Source: Asterias rubens (Eukaryota). From it: 64,000 bases of DNA. The notes beneath the pieces are model-generated. The model did not search any database. It was not told the origin of the DNA and worked only from the letters and a program-made list of their open reading frames with translations. This document shows, piece by piece, positions 44,901 to 56,600 of the stretch. The position numbers and the translations under genes were made by a program. Position 1 is the stretch's first letter. Each line of letters begins with the position of its first letter. The stretch spans positions 372,001 through 436,000 of the forward strand of contig NC_047076.1 of NCBI RefSeq assembly GCF_902459465.1, in the 5' to 3' direction.

Positions 44901-47900
44901 AGTTGCAGGCCCAATAATATACTTGGTCTCATTTTTCAAACCACAGTGGATGAATTTGACTAGTCAGATAGTAGGAGGGTTGACTGTTTACTGTGTAGAT
45001 GCATTGACCACATGATATCATATTACAGGCTGGCATAGTTTATCCATCATTTAAAACCACAGTGGATGATATTGAATGGTCAGACAGTAGGAGGGTTGAC
45101 TGTATGGTGTAGATGCAACCACCACATGATATCATATTGCAGGCTGGCATAGTTTATCTATCACTCAAAACAACAGTGGATGATATTGAATGGACAGACA
45201 GTAGGAGGGTTGACTGTGTATGGTGTAGATGCAACCACCACATGATATCATATTGCAGGCTGGCATAGTTTATCCATCATTTAAAACCGCAGTGGATGAT
45301 ATTGAAGGGTCAGACAGTAGGAGGGTTGACTGTGTACTGTCTAGATGCATTGACCACATGATATCATATTGCAGGCTGGCATAGGTTTTTTTTTCTTTCC
45401 AAATCACAGTGGATGATATTGAATGGTCAGACAGTATGAGAATTTAAGAAACCGGTCGTTAAAGATAATTATTACAAAATAGGCAGACCACCAACATTGA
45501 GGCAAGAAAGCTCAGGTGGTAGAGCACTGGCCCATTAATCCAGATGTTGCAGGTTCAAATTCTGCTCTAGTCAAATGTCTTTAAAATTAATTCTTCTCTT
45601 TGCCAGGGATGTGAAAGCTGGTAACATCTTACTAGGAGATAATGGTATGGTACAATTGGCTGATTTTGGAGTCAGTTCTTGGATTTCTACTGGTGGAGAT
45701 ATGTCAAGAGATAAAGTTCGAAATACTTTTGTCGGAACACCATGCTGGATGGCTCCAGAAGTTATGGAACAGGTAATCATGATGATTTGATTTGACTACA
45801 AGGATTTGGAGGATTAACAAAAACAAGAAAATGGATATGTTCTAACCTTTAATTGCAGTTATGAGGTTTAATCAACAGCGTAACTTTGGATAAAAATGAA
45901 ATAAACTTATGTAATAGACTTTAATTTTTGCCACGGGGATAAGAAAGATAATTTTGTTTTGACCCCTAAAACAATCCCCTGTTCTGTGAAGAAAAATCTA
46001 CAGGCTAATCACTTGGGTGGGATTCAAACCCACGACCTTTGCATTGCTAGAGTAGATGTCTTACCACTAGATCACCGAGCTAGCTTGATTGCTAGCGCAG
46101 TTTGAATCCTATGTGTTGGCAAATCACTCCGGTGGGATTCAAACCCACGACCTTTGCATTGCTAGAGCAGATGTCTTACCACTAGACCACTGAGCTAGCT
46201 TTATTGCTAGCGGCAGTTTGAATCCTATGTGTTGGCAAATCACTCAAGTGGGATTCAAACCCACGACCTTTGCATTGCTTGAGCAGATGTCTTACCACTA
46301 GATCACCAAGCTAGCTTGATTGCTAGAGGCAGTTTGAATCCTATGTGTTGGCAAATCACTCTAGTGGGATTCAAACCCACAACCTTTATATTGCTAGAGT
46401 AGATGTCTTACCACTAGATCACTGAGCTAGCTTGATTGCTAGAGGCAGTTTGAATCCTATGTGTTGGCAAATCACTCAAGTGGGATTCAAACCCACAACC
46501 TTTATATTGCTAGAGTAGATGTCTTACCACTAGAACACTGAGCTAGCTTAATTGCTAGAGGCAGTTTGAATCCTATGTGTTGGCAAATCACTCAAGTGGG
46601 ATTCAAACCCACAACCTTTGCATTGCTAGAGTAGATGTCTTACCACTAGATCACTGAGCTAGCTTGATTGCTAGAGGCAGTTTGAATCCTATGTGTTGGC
46701 AAATCACTCAAGTGGGATTCAAACCCACGACCTTTGCATTGCTTGAGCAGATGTCTTACCACTAGATCACCAAGCTAGCTTGATTGCTAGAGGCAGTTTG
46801 AATCCTATGTGTTGGCAAATCACTCTAGTGGGATTCAAACCCACAACCTTTATATTGCTAGAGTAGATGTCTTACCACTAGAACACTGAGCTAGCTTAAT
46901 TGCTAGAGGCAGTTTGAATCCTATGTGTTGGCAAATCACTCTAGTGGGATTCAAACCCACGACCTTTGCATTGCTAAAGTAGATGTCTTACCACTAGACC
47001 ACTGAGCTAGCTTGATTGCTAGAGGCAGTTTGAATCCAATGTGTTGGCAAATCACTCTAGTGGGATTCAAACCCACAACCTTTATATTGCTAGAGTAGAT
47101 GTCTTACCACTAGAACACTGAGCTAGCTTAATTGCTAGAGGCAGTTTGAATCCTATGTGTTGGCAAATCACTCTAGTGGGATTCAAACCCACAACCTTTA
47201 TATTGCTAGAGTAGATGTCTTACCACTAGAACACTGAGCTAGCTTAATTGCTAGAGGCAGTTTGAATCCTATGTGTTGGCAAATAACTCAAGTGGGATTC
47301 AAACCCACAACCTTTATATTGCTAGAGTAGATGTCTTACCACTAGAACACTGAGCTAGCTTAATTGCTAGAGGCAGTTTGAATCCAATGTGTTGGCAAAT
47401 CACTCTAGTGGGATTCAAACCCACAACCTTTATATTGCTAGAGTAGATGTCTTACCACTAGAACACTGAGCTAGCTTAATTGCTAGAGGCAGTTTGAATC
47501 CTATGTGTTGGCAAATCACTCTAGTGGGATTCAAACCCACAACCTTTATATTGCTAGAGTAGATGTCTTACCACTAGAACACTGAGCTAGCTTAATTGCT
47601 AGAGGCAGTTTGAATCCTATGTGTTGGCAAATCACTCAAGTGGGATTCAAACCCATGACCTTTGCATTGCTAGAGCAGATGTCTTACCACTAGACCACCG
47701 ATCTAGCCCGGTGGCTAGAGGCAGTTTGAATCATTACCAGCAGGGACAAGTTGTACTGAGAAATTGATTTGAATGATTTAATTGCAGGTCAGAGGTTATA
47801 AATTCAATGCTGATATCTGGAGCTTTGGAATTACCGCGATTGAGCTGGCGTCTGGTACCCCACCTTATGCTAAGTATCCACCTATGAAGGTAAGAATGGA

Positions 47901-50900
47901 TACCAAGATATTAAAGTAGTATCAGGTATGAAAATATTGTCAGTGTTGTGATCAAGAGTTTACCTAAATTGTAGTATCTGGTGTGTTTGTGATGGTTGAA
48001 TGTAAGGTCATCATGTGCCAGTAAGTTGGAAATATTAAAGACACCATTTTCTTCATTAAAATCTCAACTTGAAGACATTTTTTCTTCATTGAACCTCTTC
48101 GCAAAGGGTTTGGTTACTTTTTGTAGGACACAAAACACAATTACCAATGATTAACATTAACCTTACCAGTTTGAAGTAGTGATGGTGGAAAGCTTCCCTT
48201 CAAATATTACTTGCTGATGTGCTGTAGTTTTTGGGAAATTAGTAAAACAATGTAAAAAAAATAATTTTAGTCTCAGGAGAAAATTATATTAGCGTGTTCA
48301 ACGTATTATCAGTAGTGGTACTTATGCGACGCTCTTTAAAATATCACTCTGTGATTTTCACTTTTTTTCTAAAACTTGTCAACTTAATTAAGCTGAAACT
48401 TCTACAGGTAACTTATATAACACACATCTTCATTCACAGTGAGTTGGGATTCATGTCATGGCCAAAAACCTTGATCTACAAAATATATTAAAAACCTTTC
48501 AGACATCTGTTTCTTCTTTTATTTTCTCAGGTTCTGATGATGACTCTTCAGAATGACCCACCTTCTCTAGAGATGGCATTTAACAACAAAGATGACGTCA
48601 AGAAATATAGCAAAGAGTTTCGCAAAATGATCTCCAAATGTTTACAGAAAGACCCAGACAAGAGGTGAATTCCTTCTTTCTTTTTTTGTAATTTTAATGA
48701 ATGAGTTTTTACGTTTTTAAATTCGAATTGCAGATTTTGGATTCCAATTATGAAATAATCTTCCAGCGTGGACTCGAAGATGCTTTCACTTATTGACATT
48801 TAACATGTTAGTTTTATTGAATAATATATACATTTGTTCAAATGGTTCCTAAAACCAAAGTATAGATTACCTTTACATTGGTTTAAGAACACTTAGCAAA
48901 AGTAATTTGTTTTTTTCTCTGTCAATCCAGACCATCAGCAAGTGAGCTTCTGAAGAGTCCCTTCTTCAAGAAAGCCCGAGACAATCATTATCTGAAAGAG
49001 AAACTCTTGGATCAAGCACCAACGCTAGATGACCGTGGACAAAAGGTAAAGAGACATTTGAAACCCAATCCTTTGTATTGACCGCTTGCATGCACATCAC
49101 ACGCGGTGACTGTGCCACGCTTACCATTTTGTGACCGCTTGCATGCACATCACATGCGGTGACTGTGCCACGCTTACCATTTTGTGACCGCTTGCACGCA
49201 CATCACGCGCGGCGACTGTGCCACGCTTTCCATTTTTACCATTTACCTTATTTCACGGGTTAGCAGGTATTTTTGCTTTGGCCTGTGCATAGGCATTATT
49301 CTGCTACACAGCTAGCGCAGAAATTTGACGCTTGTGCAGTAAGCCAAGAATTTGGCGATGAGCAGAGCCATGAGGTTGCCCGAATATGACTGGTAGTTAC
49401 GATATGACATGTTGATGATTTATTTGTATCCACACTCAGGTAACTCTTGTACCAGGGTCCAGTGGTCGTCTTCACCCTACAGAGGAAGGATGGGAATGGT
49501 AGTTACGATATGACTTAATGATGATTTATTTGTATCCACACTCAGGTAACTCGTGTACCAGGGTCCAGTGGTCGTCTTCATCCTACAGAGGATGGATGGG
49601 AATGGTCCGATGATGAACTAGATGAGAATTCCGATGAGGGACGGAGAGCTAGCATTGGACGCTCTCCTCGGATTGCTATGGATATGAAGATGCAGCTGCA
49701 GAAAGAAAAAGCAGATAAGTTGCCGGTAATAAAGATGGCTTCAATTCTTTACATTACACATTATAGATCAATCAGATGCTTGTATTAAAAATAGGGTCAT
49801 ACTTTGGTAATGACCAGATTTTGTTTGTGTAATTTTAATCGCAAAGCTTACCTGTTATAAAGATGGTAGTGGTAGTGTGAAATGCCCTTTTTGATCAGAA
49901 ACCAGAAGAAAAAACATTTGAATCTGAGAAACGATTATTGCATGAATTATTCTCTGATTTCTGAGTGTTCATGTCCGTTCACGAAAGCTGTGGCCAGAGA
50001 TGGGCCTGCTCTCACCTTGCTTAATATAGTACAGTAGGTTGTGATAATACAAAGCATGTTGAGAATTGTTTCACTTTGAAGTCATGTGGCTGTGGAACAG
50101 GACACCAGTTGTTATCCCCCCAAATCTGAATCAGAGAAATGTTGCTGTCAGACACGTTTCTCACATTGTGTATTCCATTTACGGTTTATTCTTCCTGCGT
50201 TGACATAAAACCGCTCCGAAACTAAACAATTCTACCACCTTTGAAATAAAATGGTTACTTTTATTGTATATATCTACATTTGTATAGGATTGAAACCAGA
50301 GGTATGCTTTCTTTTATAGTTTAAAGTTGAAATACTTTGATTTGGATGTGATTTGAAGGTTTCAAAAGAAGAAGCTAAGAAACCTGAGATTGTGAATTCC
50401 AACGTGTTAGCTCAGCCACCAGCTTCACCGTCAGCAGCTACTACTGAAGGGGATCTGGAACCAGGACCTACACTTCATATGGTACTCAGGTTAAGGTATG
50501 CTTAGTATTTAAGAACATTCTAGAATTGCTAATAGAACAGGGGCCAATGTCTAAAGCTGCTTAAGCAAAAAAAATTGCAAAACAAGCACAAAATTTGCAT
50601 AAGCACGAAAATAGCTCGCTTATTTTTCACATGTTACTGGCAAAATGTTCGTGTCATATACATTACTTGTGACTGATATTTAACTGTTGTTTACTGAGCA
50701 TAACAATTGACTGGAGTCTTAGCCGACAATCTGATTTTACTAAGCAATGATTTTTTTGCTTTAAAAGGAAAATGTTGTGCTTTAGCAGCTCTATGAAATT
50801 GGGCCCAGTTGCTGGCATGAGTTTATTGGCCCAACTCTAGGATTACAGGCGTCTACTGGAAATTTCCAGCCCTTGCTCATTAAGTTGCAATAATTTGATG

Positions 50901-52846
50901 TTTGGCTAATTACTGATTGCAGACACCAACTTGCAAAAAGAAAAACTTGGAGTTTAATTCTATCTCAGAACTGAGGAATCTCCCGAATTCCGAAAATCTA
51001 CTCTGCAGTAGTAGTGAAGTCTCCCAAACTCTAAAAAATCTACGAAAAGTTTTCATAAGAACATAATCTACCTGGCAAGTAGATACACACATGGTGTTAC
51101 CAAATATACATTATTACCTCCCCATGCAATGCCTCAAATCACATAATTTTATCTCTCTTTTTGTTTTTTTAGGAATGCCCAACAGGAACTGAATGATATT
51201 CGCTTTGATTACACTAAAAATAAAGACAATGCCGACAATCTCGCTCGTGAGTTAGTTTCAGCTGGTCTTGTTGATGGTCGAGATCTTGTTATTGGTAAGT
51301 GGTATGAAAGAATACAACAAGTTGTTAAGGTTGTTGTTTATTTGGGATCAGAGAACGAGGAATGAGATTTGCTGGGCACTGTAGTAGGAGCGAGGAGTCT
51401 GCACCAAAACTCATTCACTGGGAACCAAACCATGGACACAGGAAATGTGGTCGGCCAAAGTTGACCTACTTGGATCAATTAAAGGAAAGACACCGCACTG
51501 AAGACATCAGAGTTCTGGACATCCCTAGAACCTTATAGAGAGCCATCACAGTATGGGGGAAACCACCAATCATAAACTGAACTAAACTAAACTGTCTCCT
51601 GAAGATGACTAGAGCAAGCTAGTTGAAACGTTGAGACCAATTCAGAACTGACTCCGTGGCAGTACAGTTAATACGATCCTATAAGCTAAAGTTGTAGTCC
51701 AAATCTATTTTCTATATTATCCGCCCTGGTAATAGTTAAAAAAGCAGGACAGTTCTTTTCAGAACTGAGAAGTCTCCCGAACCCCCGATTATCTACTCAG
51801 CGGCAGTAGAATAAAGCAAGACAGTTCTCTAAGAACAAACTCTACCTGGCAAGAAGATACACACATGGTGTTACTGCAGACCAAATATATATTGATACCT
51901 CACCATGTATTGCCTCAAGTACTACAAACTAAACTAACAGTTGTGATGGTACTTGTCATTATTTTTTGATTATTACAAATATGAAATTTCAATTAATGCT
52001 CTTAGAGCACTGAGTCGACAATACAACAAAATAATTTATTTATTTATGTATCAAATGTTGCTTTCCATTTTCCAGTGATATAACGTCTTAAGATCTGTTT
52101 CTTTACAGTTGCTGCAAATCTTCAAAAGACGGTAGATAACCCAGAGCATAAAAACGCCACGTTTAAATTGGTAAGTAATTTCTTAAGACCAAAAGCTTTC
52201 AAAGATAAACTACTGTTCTGTAATTCATTAATAGTTGTTGTGATATATTACAAATCCACCAAACCATTCAAGATACTTAAATATTATTCATGGCCTTTTC
52301 TGTGGAAAATATGTTGAGGACCTGCCGTCGATTTCAAAAAACTCTTACTAACTTAAGACTAATCTTAGGACTTAAGACGAGTCCCAACCCTGCACTGTAG
52401 CATGCAGACCTTAAGATTAATTCTTCGTTAGGACGAGTTACTCGTCCTAACTCGAGATGAGACGAGTCCCAACCCTGCACTGTAGCATGCAGACCTTAAG
52501 ATTAATTCTTAGTTAGGACGAGTTACTCGTCCTAACTCTAGATGAGACGAGTCCCAACCCTGCACTGTAGCATGCAGGCCTTTAGATTAATTCTTAGTTA
52601 GGACGAGTTACTCGTCCTAACTCGAGATGAGACGAGTCATAACTCTTTGTTAAATCCACCCCTGATGTTTCAACCCTAGCCTTCGAGAAAGACTCTCGGG
52701 TTAAAACATCAGGCTGTTAACTTGGTTTCCCTTTTTTTCTTGTTGTTAATTATTTTTCAAACTTTTTATTATTTGATCAGAATTCTGGTGATAGTCCAGG
52801 GGATGAGGAGCATCTTATAGGTTTCGCGAAGTTGTCAATCAGCTAA
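41964..52846 (+). CDS. OXSR1: STE20-family kinase OSR1/SPAK (Fray) ortholog, 13 exons, 522 aa
   Basis: Exons 41964-42084, 42943-43055, 43546-43654, 44615-44756, 45607-45772, 47788-47889, 48531-48664, 48931-49045, 49546-49725, 50359-50495, 51173-51294, 52109-52170, 52781-52846 total 1569 nt with all phases compatible. Motifs: [65 protein letters not shown] domain VLRLRN...LNDIRF, end [11 protein letters not shown] single invertebrate gene is co-orthologous to OXSR1 and STK39. Confidence 0.96.
43671..44009 (+). mobile_element. SINE, 5'-truncated within its tRNA-like head
   Basis: AATCC...CCGTGACACGTGTGTCCTTAAGCAAGACACTTAACCATTGCTTCG...GCTATATAAGAAGCCAC(AATT)ATTATT tail; head block shared with 6634 and 10342. 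Confidence 0.75.
44191..44554. repeat. 26-bp minisatellite, 14 identical copies
   Basis: Unit ACGATTGTACCCCCAATAGTCACCAT. Confidence 0.98.
44906..45436. repeat. ~116-bp tandem repeat, ~4.6 copies
   Basis: AGGCTGGCATAGTTTATC.ATCA...CACAGTGGATGATATTGAATGGTCAGACAGTAGGAGGGTTGACTGT... units at 44907, 45027, 45141, 45257, 45373. Confidence 0.9.
46007..47731 (-). repeat. 116-bp tandem array, 15 copies, each containing a tRNA-like SINE head on the minus strand
   Basis: Units start at 46007, 46122, 46238 and then every 116 bp to 47630. Minus strand reads GGTGGTCTAGTGGTAAGACATCTGCTCTAGCAATGCAAAGGTCGTGGGTTTGAATCCCAC (A-box and B-box like). A dispersed fragment of the same head is at 17272-17305. Confidence 0.92.
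49080..49236. repeat. 53-bp tandem repeat, 3 copies
   Basis: GACCGCTTGCATGCACATCACACGCGGTGACTGTGCCACGCTTACCATTTTGT at 49080, 49133, 49186. Confidence 0.92.
49391..49502 (+). pseudogene. 106-bp tandem duplicate of the OXSR1 exon 9 acceptor and first 20 codons, ending in TAG
   Basis: ...TTTATTTGTATCCACACTCAG|GTAACTC.TGTACCAGGGTCC... occurs at 49440 and 49546. The first copy reads [20 protein letters not shown] then TAG (49500-49502). Confidence 0.92.
51345..51593 (+). mobile_element. RTE-like LINE 3' remnant
   Basis: From 51362: [41 protein letters not shown](fs)DTAL, resembling the RLRFAGHC..R....W.P..G.R..GRP..T C-terminus of RTE-type ORF2; followed by an (AACT)n-like tail. Confidence 0.7.
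51594..51637 (+). ncRNA. Minimal type I hammerhead ribozyme motif (Penelope/retrozyme type)
   Basis: GTCTC-CTGAAGA-T-GACTAG-AGCAAG-CTAGTT-GAA-ACGT-T/GAGAC: stem I GTCTC/GAGAC, canonical CUGANGA and GAAA core, stem II hairpin, loop-less palindromic stem III (ACGT), and a GUU cleavage triplet ending at 51632. Confidence 0.78.
51594..51920 (+). mobile_element. Longest copy of the dispersed ~330-bp repeat family, headed by the hammerhead motif
   Basis: Continues into AAAAAAGCAGGACAGTTCTTTTCAGAACTGAGAAGTCTCCCG...TCTACCTGGCAAG.AGATACACACATGGTGTTAC...CCTCACCATG, shared with five other loci in the window. Confidence 0.75.
52320..52665. mobile_element. MITE with an internal 85-bp unit triplicated; relatives at ~5955-6030, ~24520-24630, ~55790-56030
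   Basis: GACGAGTCCCAACCCTGCACTGTAGCATGCAG...TTAGGACGAGTTACTCGTCCTAACTC.AGATGA at 52376, 52461, 52546. Ends GTCGATTTCA.AAAACTCTTA / TAACTCTTTGT.AAATCCACCCCTG. Confidence 0.75.
52661..52715 (+). ncRNA. Degenerate hammerhead-like motif, family 2 (further decayed copies at 25141-25178 +, 31704-31740 -, 54429-54472 -)
   Basis: AGCCT-TCGAGAA-A-GACTCT..GGGTT-AAA-ACAT-C/AGGCT. The consensus across copies is AGCCT-TCGAGAA-A-GACTCT-GCT-AGGGTC-GAA-ACGT-C/AGGC; most deviations are CpG-to-TpG/CpA changes. Confidence 0.5.
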
Positions 52847-53857
52847 GATCAAGAAGTGTCGTCAATAGGTGATGTATTCATCATATCATGATCTTAAGGC
52901 GTTAAATGAGAGCTGATGTAACAGTATAGTGTGGAAAATGACACAGTTTTGACTCATTACTTGAAGTCTGGTTGTCAATCCATAAATCTTGGTTGGTATA
53001 CATTTCAATATAACCATGTAGATATACAGAGGACCAGGCTTACACTGCAGTGGAACAGGCCAGAAAAGACTGGTGCTTATAAAAGAGATTGATTTAACGC
53101 ACTGGCTGGTCAGGTTACTAGATATTATTTCTGTTGTTGTGAATTTGTGCACACTACAAGGACAGACAGAAGGTGTTGTTTTTCTTTTAACACAAACACA
53201 ATGTACAGAAATTAAAATCTTGTTACTTAAAAAAAGTTGCACACTGTTTGCAAAAAGTATGTAATGGACGTCCTTGCAAATGGTTGTTTGTTAAACGATC
53301 ACTCTCTGAAAAAGTATGTAATGGACGTCCTTGCAAATGGTTGTTTGTTAAACGATCACTCTGTGAAAAAACCAATAAGGTGTACATTTATTTATCTTTT
53401 GATAAGCCAGCTTTCCCGTGTAAAATGGAAATATGTATCCAGTAAAAACTCATTTTAAATATCCAAAACTTGAACTGAAAGTAAAGACTTGAAGAAGTGA
53501 CAAGTTATCCTCGAAGGAACTGTCTTCTTTGTAAAACATGAGCAGTTTAAATGGAGCCAATTATCGCCTTTTCATGCTCTGGACCTAGTTTTGTGAATAA
53601 AGAGATCAAACTATTCCATGTGCCATATTCAGGTGTCGCAATTTGTTAGTACTTGAAAAGGAAACAAATTGGTTGAAAAGGAAAAACATCATCACACCAA
53701 ATTGCACATTTTATTTAACATCAGGTTCAAGGCTGAAAGTAACAAGAACTGTTTGGCGTGTATACATGTATTTGCCTTCAGAATTGTAGATTGAGGAAAA
53801 AAAACCAGTCTTGTCGATTGTATGCAACTCTTGGTGTGTATAAATTGAGCAAGTTCT

Positions 53858-54225
53858 TAAAGCCATTGGACACTTTCGGAACAGAAAAAAAAATGTTCAC
53901 AGATTTACAAATAACTTACAGGGTTTACAGAAGGTAGTGGTGAAAGACTTCCCTTGAAATAATATTCCATGAAATGCTTTACTTTTTGAGAAAACATTAA
54001 AACAACATCAATGCTCGATATCGAGAGTTCTGGATTTATTTTAAACACATGTCATGACACGGCGAAACATGCAGAAACAAGGGTGGGGTTTTCTGTTATT
54101 TTCTCCCGACTCCGATGACCGATTGAGCCTAAATTTTCACAGGTTTGTTATTTTATACATAAGTTTTGATATACGAAGTGTGGGCCTTGGATAATACTGT
54201 TTACCGAAAGTGTCCAATGGCTTTA
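53858..54225. mobile_element. TA-flanked MITE, TAAAGCCAT family, reversed
   Basis: TAAAGCCATTGGACACTTTCGG ... CCGAAAGTGTCCAATGGCTTTA; interior is the reverse complement of 4467-4840. Confidence 0.85.
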
Positions 54226-55306
54226 AAAAGCAGCTTTTCAAAATAAATATTCTCATCTCCATTTAAAAGTCTTAATTAATATTTTAAGCATCTTCCACCG
54301 AAGGTTTCCACGACAACCATTAACGACCTCTATTTTGTTTATTTGTTTAATTTGAGGAAATATTATTAGTTGCTTGTAAACTGCTTACCAACCAAATGGA
54401 CTTATAGTATATATGCAATTATCAGTTAATGGCTCAACGTTTTGACACTAGCAGAGTCTTTTTCGAGGGCCAAATGAAAGGGAAAGACTCTGGTCAAAAC
54501 ATCGGACCATTCACTATTTTTTGCATTTTTTGTATTTGATTTCTTAGTGTATTCATTCATATTTTTTTAAAAAGGTATGGGCATTTCACTCTACTCTTGA
54601 CATAAGAGCAGCCATCTTGGGCTGTAGCAGAATATTAAATTAATAACCCATTGACGACGCAGAGCGCTTTTTATAAAACATAACAAAAAGATTAATGACA
54701 GATCCCCTAACAGACGGCAACTTAACTGTCTGGTGAGCACTACACTTAACTGCCAGGAGTCGTTAACTTTGTGTACATTTTGACTCCTAAAATGGCAGAC
54801 TGGATAGGTATGTGTAAGTGTGCAGCGTGGTATGCAATGGATCCATACCATTTTTTTGTAAAAGTCTGACCCAACTTAGTCATCCTTGAAATAGTTGCCG
54901 TTATGATGGAGATCATTTCTATTTGTTTTTCTCTTTTAAAATAAACCCCCCAATTATTACAGATCATAGCACAAAATCTTCTCAAGTAAAAAGCGGGAAA
55001 ACACTTTTGTAATTACAAACCGTGTAAATTGTGTGACCTGCCCTGAAATTTAGAAAAAGTGTAAAAAATATAAAAAGAATGATATATAGTTTACATAGAT
55101 AAATGCATAATGGAAGTATAGTGTTCTGATGGGTGTGTAGGGATGAGATTTAATGAAACCCTAACATCAGGAAAAATTATGAAACTGTCATACCTGCTCA
55201 GCCCTCTGGCAAAACAGCCTCACTGACAAATTTTGGTTTCTTATTTAAGTTGATTTCTGGGTAAATTGAGGGCCTTTTTTCCATTTCAAAGTTTCAAAGA
55301 TAACAT

Positions 55307-56072
55307 TGCCTCATTGCAGGTATTCTACATTAAACTACATTCAAATGAATGTGCCTCATTGCAGGTATTCTACATTAAACTACATTCAAATGAATGTGCC
55401 TCATTGCAGGTATTCTACATTAAACTACATTCAAATGACTCTTTAAGCCCATTATATATAAAGCAGCTAAAAAATAAACTACTATTGTGTCATCTTGGTG
55501 ATCGATAGTTGCTGAAGTATTTAAAACAATGTAACACATAAGGTTGCAGCCAAAAGTTAGTTAAAATGTAACATCAAATTTGAAAAGGATAACTTTGAGT
55601 TTTAAACATAAGGTTGCAGCCAAAAGTTGGTTAAAATGTAACATCAAATTTGAAAAGGATAACTTTGAGTTTTAGTTTCTATAGTATATACAGTTTGCAT
55701 GTAGTTCCTTTGTAGTTACTTTGCAAACACTAATTGAAAATTAATGAAGTAAAAACAACAAATTGTTCCCATGCTCTTCAGTCATGGTCAGGGGTGGGTT
55801 TCTTAAAGAGTTAACACTAGTCTTATCTCAAGTTAGGACAAGTTACTTGTCTTAACTTAGGACTAGACTTATGTTTTTAAGTTAGGACTATTCCTAACTC
55901 TTTGTGAAATCGCTCCCTGGTTTCCGTTTTAATAGCAGATGCCAACACTCTCATAGGTTTGTCTTAACTTAGGACTAGACTTAAGTTTTTAAGTTGGGAC
56001 TATTCCTAACTCTTTGTGAAATCGCTCCCTGGTTTCCGTTTTAATAGCAGATGCCAACACTCTCATAGGTTT
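55307..56072. repeat. Cluster of local tandem duplications: 45 bp x3 (55307-55438), ~70 bp x2 (~55536-55675), ~111 bp x2 (~55850-56072)
   Basis: Direct repeats are visible in the sequence; the 111-bp pair includes a MITE end plus flank. Confidence 0.85.
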
Positions 56073-56424
56073 GCCATAACAATTTTTGAGTGTCCAATTA
56101 TGTACTGAAATTAAACCCAATGATATGGATTGATTGTATTGATTTTATACACAAGTGTATAAATAAGGCGTGTTTAAACTCCTCAATATTGCCTCTGTAG
56201 CCGTCAGTCATAGCCATAGTCGCTTGAATCTGACTCGGCTAACTATTCTGATTGGCTCATTCTTACATAGACTGGTGCCATGTTAATATCCCAATAATAC
56301 ATTGTTATTAGAAGTAAGCGGACAATATAGCTATGGTAACCATCTTGTTTTTCTCCCATTTAAAGGGGCTGTACATGTAATTATGAACTCTTACTGCAAG
56401 CTTGTTTGGGCTCTCCATAGATAT

Positions 56425-56600
56425 TAGAGAGTTTTCGTTTTCTACGACGGATGGTTCTGCATTGTTGATTTCAGCACAATGCAGATTCATCCCAAGTACT
56501 GTCAGAGAAATTGAGGGATGACCATCCCCATGCGCAGAGGACACCAAACGTCATCATGATCATTGCAGAACCATCCGTCATCGAAAACGAAAGCTCCCTA
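56425..56600. mobile_element. MITE with ~37-bp TIRs starting TAG
   Basis: TAGAGAGTTTTCGTTTTCTACGACGGATGGTTCTGCA versus TGCAGAACCATCCGTCATCGAAAACGAAAGCTCCCTA. Confidence 0.8.

Noticed and set aside
44191-47731. CRISPR-like appearance of the regular arrays here and at 14506-15380
   Set aside because: Units are contiguous with no unique spacers, the context is eukaryotic and there are no cas genes.
46007-47731. Tandem tRNA gene cluster
   Set aside because: There is no proper acceptor stem or 7-nt anticodon loop, and B-boxes are mutated; it fits a SINE head. The same applies to tRNA-like heads at 6637, 10560, 45521 and 58200.
50288-50301. 14-nt micro-exon candidate (TATAG|GATTGAAACCAGAG|GTATGC) in OXSR1
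   Set aside because: After the phase-0 donor at 49725 it reads GAT TGA (stop), the downstream intron would be only 57 nt, and the 13-exon model is already in frame. It could be revisited with junction reads.
4857-52665. Idea that the many tandem duplications reflect PMS1 or mismatch-repair deficiency
   Set aside because: MMR loss mainly causes 1-4-nt slippage, not 50-140-bp duplications. The PMS1 exons are well conserved, and the frameshift may be an assembly error.
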